From Acidobacteriota bacterium (GTDB taxonomy: Bacteria > Acidobacteriota > Blastocatellia > UBA7656): DNA of 64,000 nucleotides. The notes under the pieces are model-generated. The model made no database searches. It was given only the letters and a program-made list of their open reading frames with translations, and had not been told where the DNA came from. The stretch lies in contig JBFMDH010000006.1 of assembly GCA_040754075.1 (NCBI GenBank), positions 102,285 to 166,284 of the forward strand, given 5' to 3'. How positions within the stretch are numbered: the first letter of the stretch is position 1; each line of letters starts with the position of its first letter. Positions 39,479 to 47,374 of the stretch are shown piece by piece. Position numbers and translations under genes: made by a program.

Positions 39479-40039
39479 ATGAAGCATCTCAGAAGCACTT
39501 TACGACTGATTCAAATGGTGTGCGCAGCATTTATTCTGTTTTCTATCGCATTCACGATTCAGGCGCAAATCCAACTGCAAAGACCGAAATCCGAACAACG
39601 CCTGCCCAATCCTTATATGATGGGAGCGCCGCGTGACGAAATCATAACTTCGACCAAACAGATGTTTGAGGCGCGCGAGATACCGCTCGATAAAGAAGAT
39701 TGCAATCAATTGACCGGCGAATGCACCATAATCAGCAAACCCGTCATCTTCATCAAAGGCACCACCACCCGTAGCCAGTTGGAACATTATTGCGACGTGC
39801 CAGCCGCCAATGTGCAGAACTGGTCAAGGGGGCGTTATGTGTTACGCATTCAAATCGCTCCGGCATCGCCCAGACAATCGCAGGTCAGCGTCCATTGTAA
39901 ATTTGAAGGTATGGTCGATAGCTTCACCGGTAACGAATGGGTGCAGTTGAACTCCAAGGGGGTTTTGGAAGACGACCTCATGCGTTGCATCGAAGACCGT
40001 GTGCGCGGCGGCAATTGCGAAAACATCAAACCGCGATAA
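39479..40039 (+). CDS. Hypothetical secreted, Cys-containing protein
   Basis: GAAGAGGAAGG ribosome-binding site, signal peptide, no known domain. Confidence 0.4.
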   Translation: MKHLRSTLRLIQMVCAAFILFSIAFTIQAQIQLQRPKSEQRLPNPYMMGAPRDEIITSTKQMFEAREIPLDKEDCNQLTGECTIISKPVIFIKGTTTRSQLEHYCDVPAANVQNWSRGRYVLRIQIAPASPRQSQVSVHCKFEGMVDSFTGNEWVQLNSKGVLEDDLMRCIEDRVRGGNCENIKPR

Positions 40040-40235
40040 GGTTTCAATCAATCGGCTCAGACCGACCGTCTAAAGACCACCAAACCGTTTGAAACGGAGC
40101 GGTTGCTGTGCAACCTGATTCAGCATCATTAACTAATCCAAGTTGCCAGTTGCTCACAAAACGACATTGCTCCAAAGGGGCAAAGGAAATTAACCTGTGG
40201 TGCAGCCACAGGTCAATGAGCCAGTTAAAGCTCGC

Positions 40236-40346
40236 GCGCCCTGAAGGGCAATGCCATTAAGTTAAGACTGGGAGCGCGGACGTGGACGTCCGCGCTCCCG
40301 GTAAGTAATTCTCCTTAACTTAATGGCATTGGCACTGAAGGGGCGC
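40236..40346. repeat. Nested palindrome between two convergent genes: 18-bp outer inverted repeats CAATGCCATTAAGTTAAG flanking a perfect 13-bp inner stem GGGAGCGCGGACG with a TGGA loop
   Basis: Read directly from the sequence. CTGAAGGG direct repeats sit at both outer ends. Confidence 0.75.
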
Positions 40347-40429
40347 AAAAATCTCAGGCTTCACATTCCGGCAGTTGCACCGCTGGCTAATCTCCGCTAG
40401 TTCAACGAACCCGCAACCTGGATTAACTA

Positions 40430-41386
40430 TTATTTCTTATCTCTTTTCATTTCCGGTGCAGAAGATTTTTTCAGGCGTTTCCAGAGGATGGTCACTGCGC
40501 CGCTCTCTTCCTGACGAATGACCCGGAAAGCGACGATGATGTCGGCTCCCTGATAAGGGTTGAATGGACTGATGGTGATGGTGGTTCCCGGAATAAATCG
40601 GATGAAGTCCGGGCGTTTGTAGGTTATAGAGCGCAATACATAAGTAATGCCGGGCACAACGCGAATCCCTGACCGGTAACTGAAGTTGCCTTCTTTAAAA
40701 CCTGCGGCATAGCGTTTGGCTTCGGCTGAAGCTTCGGAATAGCGTGTGGGAACGTTTAGTTTATGCAAATACTCGACGCCCGATGTTTGTAAGGTAACGC
40801 TTTCAAGCGCCACATCACCGAGGGCTGTGAAAAGTCCCAGCGATAATCTGGTGACTTGGGTGAGAAAAATATTTTCCTGCAAACCTAAATCAGACCAGAA
40901 GCCGTAAACATGGGTCTTCTTGCCGAAAGAATAAAACGCCCCGCCGCCGCGAATTGGCATTGCTTGCTCAGGCGCAGTTGCCGATACCGTAAGCGACGTT
41001 TCGTAATCGACTTTGGGTAACAGTCGAATCAACCCGGTGTTGGATTGTTTGAGGAATTGAGCGTATTGCAAACGGTCTTCAGCGGAACCCGCGAGATATT
41101 TTTTTTGCTCATCGGTCAACGGCTTTTCATTTATCTCGGGAGGCACCTGTGAAAGTTTTTCGATATTTTCTTCAACCTGGGCTTTAGCAGCCTCGGCGCG
41201 AGCCTTATTCAAGTAATCCACCGGCACATTGTCTCTGGTTATCGAATGTTCAGGAGCGCTCATCGGCGAGGGTGGCAGAGATTGATTGGGCTTATTCTGA
41301 GTTTGAGCAGGCAGAGGCGCACTAAGAGAGATGAATAAACCGGCAGCAACGATTAAAACAGATGACCGGTTGAGCAAACGAGACAT
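40430..41386 (-). CDS. Hypothetical secreted protein
   Basis: ATG at 41386 with an AAGGAG site 9 nt upstream, signal peptide. The TTG at 41404 was rejected. Confidence 0.4.
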   Translation of the reverse strand: MSRLLNRSSVLIVAAGLFISLSAPLPAQTQNKPNQSLPPSPMSAPEHSITRDNVPVDYLNKARAEAAKAQVEENIEKLSQVPPEINEKPLTDEQKKYLAGSAEDRLQYAQFLKQSNTGLIRLLPKVDYETSLTVSATAPEQAMPIRGGGAFYSFGKKTHVYGFWSDLGLQENIFLTQVTRLSLGLFTALGDVALESVTLQTSGVEYLHKLNVPTRYSEASAEAKRYAAGFKEGNFSYRSGIRVVPGITYVLRSITYKRPDFIRFIPGTTITISPFNPYQGADIIVAFRVIRQEESGAVTILWKRLKKSSAPEMKRDKK

Positions 41387-41550
41387 ATAAAACTTCTCCT
41401 TCAACTCCCCAACGCTTCAACGGTTTTGTCATCTTATCACAGCGACAATTTTCTCTTCAAAGAGGGTGCGTGAGACTTCCTAGAAAAACCCTGTAAAATC
41501 GGTGTATCATCGTTGATTCGCAACTAAAGCCGTTTGCGATGGTCACAAGC

Positions 41551-41576
41551 TGTTGAGGAAGCGGTCTCTGACCGCA
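41551..41576. repeat. REP-like element, single copy
   Basis: TGTTGAGGAAGCGGTCTCTGACCGCA. Confidence 0.65.
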
Positions 41577-41638
41577 AACCTTAGTCTTGGCAACGCGCGC
41601 GAAAGCGGAAAAGTGTCTTTACCTATAAAGGAAGTTTC

Positions 41639-42997
41639 ATGACGCAAAAGAAAAAAATCGGCATGGTCAGTCTCGGTTGTCCCAAAAATCTCGTTGACAG
41701 CGAAGTGATGATGGGGCTGCTCGCACAGCAAGGCTATGAACTCACCCACAATCAACAGGACGCCGATGTGTTGGTGGTCAATACCTGCGGGTTTATTGAT
41801 TCGGCGCGACAGGAATCGGTTGAAACGATTCTGGAAATGGCGGAATTCAAAAAATCCGGCAAAGCCCAGCAACTCATCGTCGCGGGCTGTCTGGTCGAAC
41901 GCTATCACGAAGAGTTGCAAAAAGAGATTCCCGAAATTGATGCATTGATTGGCGTCAATCAACTGACGGAAATCACCTCAATCGTCAAACCGAATGGCGC
42001 AAAACCGTTGCCGATTTACAGCGAAGGGCGCACCGCGCCTGAACTTTTTCTTTACGACGAAACCACCCCCAGACTTCGCGCCACCGCGCCTTACAGTTCG
42101 TATGTGAAGATTGCCGAAGGCTGCGACCACACCTGCGCCTTTTGCATTATTCCGAAACTGCGCGGCGTATTTCGCAGCCGGTCGCCGGAATCCATTTTGC
42201 GCGAAGTTGAAATTCTCGCGGCGCAAGGCGTCAAAGAAATCGTTTTGATTTCGCAGGACACCACCGCATACGGAAGCGACCTGGCTTTAAAAGACGGCTT
42301 GGCGCAACTGGTTGAATCCATCGCCAATGTCGAAGGCATCGAGTGGGTGAGGTTTTTATATTGTTACCCGACTGCCATCAGCGATGAACTATTGCGGGTG
42401 ATGGCTGAACATCCAAACGTCTGCAAATATTTCGACATCCCTTTGCAACACGCGAGCAGCAATGTATTGAAGTTGATGCGGCGCGGCGGCAATCGCCAGT
42501 CTTATGAACGATTATTCAAACGCATCCGCGAACGGGTGCCGGGGGTGGCGCTGCGCACCACCTTCATTGTCGGCTTTCCCGGCGAGACTGACGCGGATTT
42601 TCAGGAACTCGTCGAATTCGTCAACGCCATGCAATTTGACCGCGTCGGCGTTTTCACCTATTCGGATGAAGAGAACTCTCCGGCGTTTGAAATCGACAAC
42701 AAAGTGCCGCATTCAGTGGCAAAAAAGCGCGAAAAGATTTTAATGAAAGCGCAGGCGAAAATTTCCAAACGCAAGAACAAAGCTTTAGTTGGCAAGCGCG
42801 TGCAAGTCCTGCTTGAAGGCAAATCGAAAGAGAGCGATTTACTGCTTGAAGGTCGCATGCAATCGCAAGCGCCGGAAATTGACGGCTGCGTATTAATCAA
42901 CGATATACCCGAAGAGGCGGACATTCGCGCCGGCGATTTCGTCACCGTTGAAATCACCGAAGCCCACGAATACGATATAATTGCGCGAATCATTTAA
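41639..42997 (+). CDS. rimO: Ribosomal protein S12 methylthiotransferase RimO (MTTase N-terminal domain, radical SAM domain, TRAM domain)
   Basis: MTQKKKIGMVSLGCPKN.. N-terminus, CDHTCAFC radical SAM motif, TRAM C-terminus. Confidence 0.8.
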   Translation: MTQKKKIGMVSLGCPKNLVDSEVMMGLLAQQGYELTHNQQDADVLVVNTCGFIDSARQESVETILEMAEFKKSGKAQQLIVAGCLVERYHEELQKEIPEIDALIGVNQLTEITSIVKPNGAKPLPIYSEGRTAPELFLYDETTPRLRATAPYSSYVKIAEGCDHTCAFCIIPKLRGVFRSRSPESILREVEILAAQGVKEIVLISQDTTAYGSDLALKDGLAQLVESIANVEGIEWVRFLYCYPTAISDELLRVMAEHPNVCKYFDIPLQHASSNVLKLMRRGGNRQSYERLFKRIRERVPGVALRTTFIVGFPGETDADFQELVEFVNAMQFDRVGVFTYSDEENSPAFEIDNKVPHSVAKKREKILMKAQAKISKRKNKALVGKRVQVLLEGKSKESDLLLEGRMQSQAPEIDGCVLINDIPEEADIRAGDFVTVEITEAHEYDIIARII

Positions 42998-43012
42998 ATC
43001 AAAGGGGAGCTT

Positions 43013-43270
43013 ATGAGCGTCGACGACTCAACATTTGAACAGGCATTGGCAATGGCACAACAACTTCCACCTGTTGACCAAGCGCGTTTAATTGCGCGTC
43101 TGGCTCCGGCTATCGAAAAATTCCTTGAACACGTGGAAAAGCCCGAATTGCCTGAACGCCAGGTTCGTATGCGGGGCTTGCTTGCGGATTTGGGCGCGGC
43201 TCCTTCCACAGAAGAGATTGATGAAGTTCAGCACGAAATGTGGGCATCTTTTGCAGAGGACAAGCGATGA
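43013..43270 (+). CDS. Putative antitoxin of a VapBC-like pair (no recognisable RHH, AbrB or Phd fold)
   Basis: AAAGGGGAG ribosome-binding site. Its stop overlaps the PIN gene start as ATGA. 85 aa, acidic. Confidence 0.45.
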   Translation: MSVDDSTFEQALAMAQQLPPVDQARLIARLAPAIEKFLEHVEKPELPERQVRMRGLLADLGAAPSTEEIDEVQHEMWASFAEDKR

Positions 43271-43626
43271 TTTGTGCGATTGCTGATACCCAAACGGCAG
43301 GTGCATTGATGGATAAAGCAGAAACGGATGGCGAGCAAATCGCCATCTCTTCCGTAACCTTAGATGAGATGGTTTATCTTATCGAAAAAGGGCGTATTGA
43401 TTCTGCCGCCTTTGACCGTGTCATTGATGCTTTAAATATGCCGAATTCGCTGTTTGTGGAAATTCCTTTGGACAGCAACGTCGTTAAAGCTATGCGACTG
43501 ATTGCCCGTTCAGAAGTTCCTGATTTGCCAGACCGTATCATTGCGGCAACCGGACTTTTTCTGGGAGCGCCGGTTATCAGTCGGGATAGCAAGATTCAAT
43601 CTTCGTCCGTAAAACCGTTATGGTAA
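43267..43626 (+). CDS. vapC: PIN-domain ribonuclease toxin (VapC-like)
   Basis: Acidic residues spaced as in PIN domains (D near the N-terminus, LDEMV, DRIIAAT, RDSK). Confidence 0.55.
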   Translation: MICAIADTQTAGALMDKAETDGEQIAISSVTLDEMVYLIEKGRIDSAAFDRVIDALNMPNSLFVEIPLDSNVVKAMRLIARSEVPDLPDRIIAATGLFLGAPVISRDSKIQSSSVKPLW

Positions 43627-43630
43627 AAAC

Positions 43631-44641
43631 ATGGGAACCAACCGACCACAAGAGCTAATCCAACCAAGGCTTTTCCAACCAATTGACCGTTTTGCTTATT
43701 TGATAGCAACAGGGTTTGGCGCGGGGCTTATGCCGAAAGCCCCGAACGTGCCCGGCGCTCTCGAAAGGGTGGTGGCTATTTTTTATGTGTTGATGTTGCT
43801 TTCGTTCGGCAATCCATCTTTTGCCCGGAACGAAGATGAGGTCGGCGCAAAACCTAAACCGATAAAACTACCTGGCGCTTTTGTCGCATTTTCAAACGAT
43901 GATGTGTTAAAGAAAACGTTTTCTGATTATGACATTCAAACGGGAAGAATTTCATCACGTTTGAATGAAAATAATCAGCCTTCATTGGTTCGTATCAATC
44001 AAGCGCGTTTGTGGAGAGTGAAGGGGCAGGAACACTTAGTGGCGCTCATAGATATTGCTGGAGCAGACCATTATTTTAAAGACTTGTGCGGGAATTGCGG
44101 AATATTTGCAACATTAGTTGTGCTCAAAAGAGCAGGTAATCAATTGGTTGTCGTTGCCAAACAACCGCCAAACCAATCTATGCCCTCTGATTTTTCCAGA
44201 GATAGAACGGATGCAATTTATTATACCGGTCATGACCCTATCGTCTCGTTAGACCTTGCGCCATATAAACTCACTGACAACGAGATGTTGATAGGTTTCC
44301 GCGTTGAACATATGTGGTTACCTGCGCGTACTTGGGATGTCTATCTGTCGCTTTATAGAATCGAAGGCGATAAGTTGCGTGAGGTTTTCAGCGAATCGGT
44401 TGTCGAAAGAAGGTATCCAGGCGAAAATCCACAGTACGAGGTTGTGAAATCGGTGTCCGAGCTTTCTCCTCTACGCCTGAACTCAAAATTTTATGATTAT
44501 GAAATCCGTAAAACCGTAACGCATTGCTTTGATAAAAACGATGATGCCGATTGCACCGTAAAAGCTGACAAAATCACGCGAATAGAAAAACAAACCGAAT
44601 TATGGCGATTTAACGGGGCAAGATTTGAAAAAATAAAATAG
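43631..44641 (+). CDS. Chimeric hypothetical protein: the N-terminal ~60 aa are paralogous to the PgpA N-terminus (the IDRFAYLIATGFGAGLMPKAP core is identical), fused to a 275-aa domain of unknown function
   Basis: 60-nt perfect DNA identity with the pgpA 5' region, with diverged homology flanking it. Confidence 0.5.
   Translation: MGTNRPQELIQPRLFQPIDRFAYLIATGFGAGLMPKAPNVPGALERVVAIFYVLMLLSFGNPSFARNEDEVGAKPKPIKLPGAFVAFSNDDVLKKTFSDYDIQTGRISSRLNENNQPSLVRINQARLWRVKGQEHLVALIDIAGADHYFKDLCGNCGIFATLVVLKRAGNQLVVVAKQPPNQSMPSDFSRDRTDAIYYTGHDPIVSLDLAPYKLTDNEMLIGFRVEHMWLPARTWDVYLSLYRIEGDKLREVFSESVVERRYPGENPQYEVVKSVSELSPLRLNSKFYDYEIRKTVTHCFDKNDDADCTVKADKITRIEKQTELWRFNGARFEKIK
43684..43743 (+). repeat. Direct repeat, copy 1: 60-nt perfect duplicate of the pgpA 5' coding region
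   Basis: Identical to 44746-44805. Confidence 0.9.
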
Positions 44642-44700
44642 GCAGTACAACAACAGCCGATTATGATTTTCATCTATTAAAATACGCCTGACACAAATTC

Positions 44701-45219
44701 ATGAACCAACACACCAGCATTCAATTCAAAACTTTCAATGCCATAGACCGTTTTGCTTATTTGATAGCAACAGGGTTTGGCGCGGGGCTTATGCCGAAAG
44801 CCCCGGGCACCTTTGGGGCAATTGAAAGTGTGTTGGTTTTTGTAGCGGCAGTTGCTTTGCCGTTATCTCCGCAAATTCTGCTGATTCTTTTTTCACTAAT
44901 GAGTCTAGTGAGTTTCGCAGCCGGTGTCTGGGCTGCAAATCGCGTCTGCAAAGCGACAGGCTTGGACGACCCCGGTCAAATCGTCGTTGATGAAATCTGC
45001 GGGCAATTCATCGCTCTGGTGCCGGTCGCGCTTGCGCCTTCGTGGCTCAATATCGTCCTGGCATTTTTGTTGTTTCGTTTATTTGACATTACCAAGCCCT
45101 ACCCGATTCGCAAACTCGAAAATTTTCATGGCGGACTCGGCGTGATGGCTGATGATGTGCTCGCCGGAATTTACGCCGCTCTGCTTGTCTGGTTGGCTCA
45201 TCTCTTGCACCTCGTATAA
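44701..45219 (+). CDS. pgpA: Phosphatidylglycerophosphatase A
   Basis: ATGFGAGLMPKAPGTFGA N-terminal motif and PgpA-like transmembrane organisation. Confidence 0.75.
   Translation: MNQHTSIQFKTFNAIDRFAYLIATGFGAGLMPKAPGTFGAIESVLVFVAAVALPLSPQILLILFSLMSLVSFAAGVWAANRVCKATGLDDPGQIVVDEICGQFIALVPVALAPSWLNIVLAFLLFRLFDITKPYPIRKLENFHGGLGVMADDVLAGIYAALLVWLAHLLHLV
44746..44805 (+). repeat. Direct repeat, copy 2, inside the intact pgpA
   Basis: Identical to 43684-43743. Confidence 0.9.
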
Positions 45220-45229
45220 ACTGCATTGG

Positions 45230-45973
45230 ATGGGAAATCTCGAACAGGCGATTGAAACCGCTCGGCACGCTGAACAACCAGTTATTCAATTTATCAAAAA
45301 AGCGCCCATCAAACCGCAACGCTTAGGCATCTTTGCGGCTTCTTTTAATCCGGTCACCACAGCCCACCTTGAGCTTATGCAACAAGCGAAGGTTGATTTT
45401 TCGCTTGATGCAATCATCGCGCTTGCCGGAATCGCAAATGCCGATAAAAGCGAATACGAATGCGCCATCGCTGACCGCTTGCGAATGCTTGAGTTGGTTT
45501 TTAATGAAAACGCGCAAACCTCCATCGCGGTCTCTTCGCACGCTTTTTTTGTTGATAAACTCGACGCCCTTCGCGCGCATTATGACGCGGGAACCGAGTT
45601 GCACTTCATCCTCGGCTTCGATACCTTTGAGCGCGTGCTTGACCCGGAAGACAAATACACACGGCTTTATCACAGAAATTTTGCAAACCGCAACCTGGCG
45701 CTCTCCTATCTGCTCGCACAATCTCGTTTGATTGTTGCAAGTCGCCTGAACGCCAATCGAAACGATTTTCATTCGCTGGTTGAAAAATTCGTACCCGCGC
45801 AATTTGCCGTTCGCATTGCGTTTCTGGATTTCCCGAAAACCTACGGCGAACAATCGGCAACCGAAGTTCGTCGTCGCCTCGAAAATAAAACACCTATTGC
45901 CGGACTTGTCCCCGACGCGGTTGCGCGTTACATCATTGAAAGAGGATTGTATCAACCAAGCTCACGCCAATAA
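45230..45973 (+). CDS. NadD-like nucleotidyltransferase (nicotinate/nicotinamide mononucleotide adenylyltransferase family) with an atypical TTAH in place of HxGH
   Basis: GIFAASFNPVTTAHLELM resembles the GxFGGSFNPxHxGHL motif. ATG at 45230. Confidence 0.5.
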   Translation: MGNLEQAIETARHAEQPVIQFIKKAPIKPQRLGIFAASFNPVTTAHLELMQQAKVDFSLDAIIALAGIANADKSEYECAIADRLRMLELVFNENAQTSIAVSSHAFFVDKLDALRAHYDAGTELHFILGFDTFERVLDPEDKYTRLYHRNFANRNLALSYLLAQSRLIVASRLNANRNDFHSLVEKFVPAQFAVRIAFLDFPKTYGEQSATEVRRRLENKTPIAGLVPDAVARYIIERGLYQPSSRQ

Positions 45974-46050
45974 GCGGATATTTGATTTAAGCGGCGCGGC
46001 TGTTGATCGCCCTGCACCCAAAGAAAATTATTTGAACTTAGGAAAACCTT

Positions 46051-47289
46051 ATGTTGAAAGCAGAAATACTTGCCATCGGTTCGGAAATGCTCACCCCGTT
46101 TAGAGTCGATACCAACTCGCTGTGGCTCACCGAACGATTGAATGCCATCGGTATCGAAGTGCATCTGAAAACCATCGTCGGCGATGACGAAGCGATTATG
46201 GAAGACGTCATCACCCACGCTTTACAACGTTCAGATATTATTATTTCGACCGGCGGGCTTGGGCCTACGGAAGATGATGTGACGCGCAAAGTCTTTTCGC
46301 GGGTCACCAACCGGCAACTCAAACTGGATTATGAAATTCTCGAAAACCTGCGCCAGCGTATGGAGAGCCGGGGTTTCAAGATGACCCCCAATAATGAACG
46401 CCAGGCGCTCGTCCCGCGTGGCGCAATCGTGTTGCCCAATCCGCACGGCAGCGCGCCGGGACTCAAAATCGAGCAGGATGAAAAACTCATCTACTTGCTT
46501 CCGGGACCGCCACGCGAAAATAAACCGATGTTCAATGATTATGTCTTTCCCGAACTTGAAAAACTTTCGCGTGGGGTGCGCATCGCCAAACGTTTTCTGA
46601 AAGTCGCAGGCATCGGCGAATCGGCGATGGATGATATGATTGCGCCGATTTACAAAGAATATACTGATGTAACCACCACCGTGTTATTCACCAACACCGA
46701 CATCGAAATTCATTTGATTGCCAAAGCCGACACCATCCAACGGGCGCAGGAGCGGGTTGACGAACTGGCGGAAAAGTTAGAAGAAAAACTTGATTTGCTT
46801 TGCTACTCGACGCAGGGCGAATCGCTCGAACAGGTGATTGGCAATCGACTGCAATTGAAAGGTTACACCATCGCCACTGCCGAAAGTTGCACAGGAGGAC
46901 TGGTCGCCGAACGCTTGACGCAAATTCCCGGCGCCAGCAAATACTTTGTCGGCAGCATCATCAGTTATACCAACGAAATTAAACAATGGTTGTTGAATGT
47001 GCCGAAAGAGATGCTCGATAGAAGCGGCGCAGTGAGCGGTGAAGTCGCCGAAGCGATGGCGCGCGGCATCAAAGAACAAACCGGTGCGACCATTGGTGTC
47101 AGCATCACGGGCGTCGCGGGGCCTGACGGCGGAACCGAGGCAACACCTGTTGGCACAGTTTACGTGGGGCTTGCCGACGACACCGGCTCATCCAATAAAC
47201 GATTAAACCTGTTCGGCGACCGCGAATTGATTCGCTGGCGTGCATCTGCCGCAGCACTCGAATTAGTCAGGCGAAGATATTTGCTATGA
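46051..47289 (+). CDS. cinA: CinA family protein (competence/damage-inducible, NMN deamidase type) with an MoCF-binding N-terminal domain and a CinA C-terminal domain
   Basis: MLKAEILAIGSEMLTPFRVDTN.. is a canonical CinA N-terminus. Confidence 0.85.
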   Translation: MLKAEILAIGSEMLTPFRVDTNSLWLTERLNAIGIEVHLKTIVGDDEAIMEDVITHALQRSDIIISTGGLGPTEDDVTRKVFSRVTNRQLKLDYEILENLRQRMESRGFKMTPNNERQALVPRGAIVLPNPHGSAPGLKIEQDEKLIYLLPGPPRENKPMFNDYVFPELEKLSRGVRIAKRFLKVAGIGESAMDDMIAPIYKEYTDVTTTVLFTNTDIEIHLIAKADTIQRAQERVDELAEKLEEKLDLLCYSTQGESLEQVIGNRLQLKGYTIATAESCTGGLVAERLTQIPGASKYFVGSIISYTNEIKQWLLNVPKEMLDRSGAVSGEVAEAMARGIKEQTGATIGVSITGVAGPDGGTEATPVGTVYVGLADDTGSSNKRLNLFGDRELIRWRASAAALELVRRRYLL

Positions 47290-47291
47290 AA

Positions 47292-47366
47292 GTTTCTGGT
47301 TTTCTAGTTTGTGTTTCCATCACTCTTGCATTATCAGGATTAAACTAGAAACCAGAAACCAGAAAC
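47292..47366. repeat. Tandem-heptamer hairpin with unit GTTTCTG
   Basis: Left arm GTTTCTG GTTTTCTA GTTT. The reverse complement of the right arm is (GTTTCTG)(GTTTCTG)(GTTTCTA). Confidence 0.75.
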
Positions 47367-47374
47367 TCAAAACC

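Noticed and set aside
47309-47374. ORF-track extension of the 564-aa protein and of nuoN (23370-23459), and TTG starts at 75, 11381, 27430 and 41404
   Set aside because: The extensions run through repeat hairpins or lack ribosome-binding sites. Internal ATG starts with Shine-Dalgarno sequences, signal peptides or conserved N-termini were preferred.
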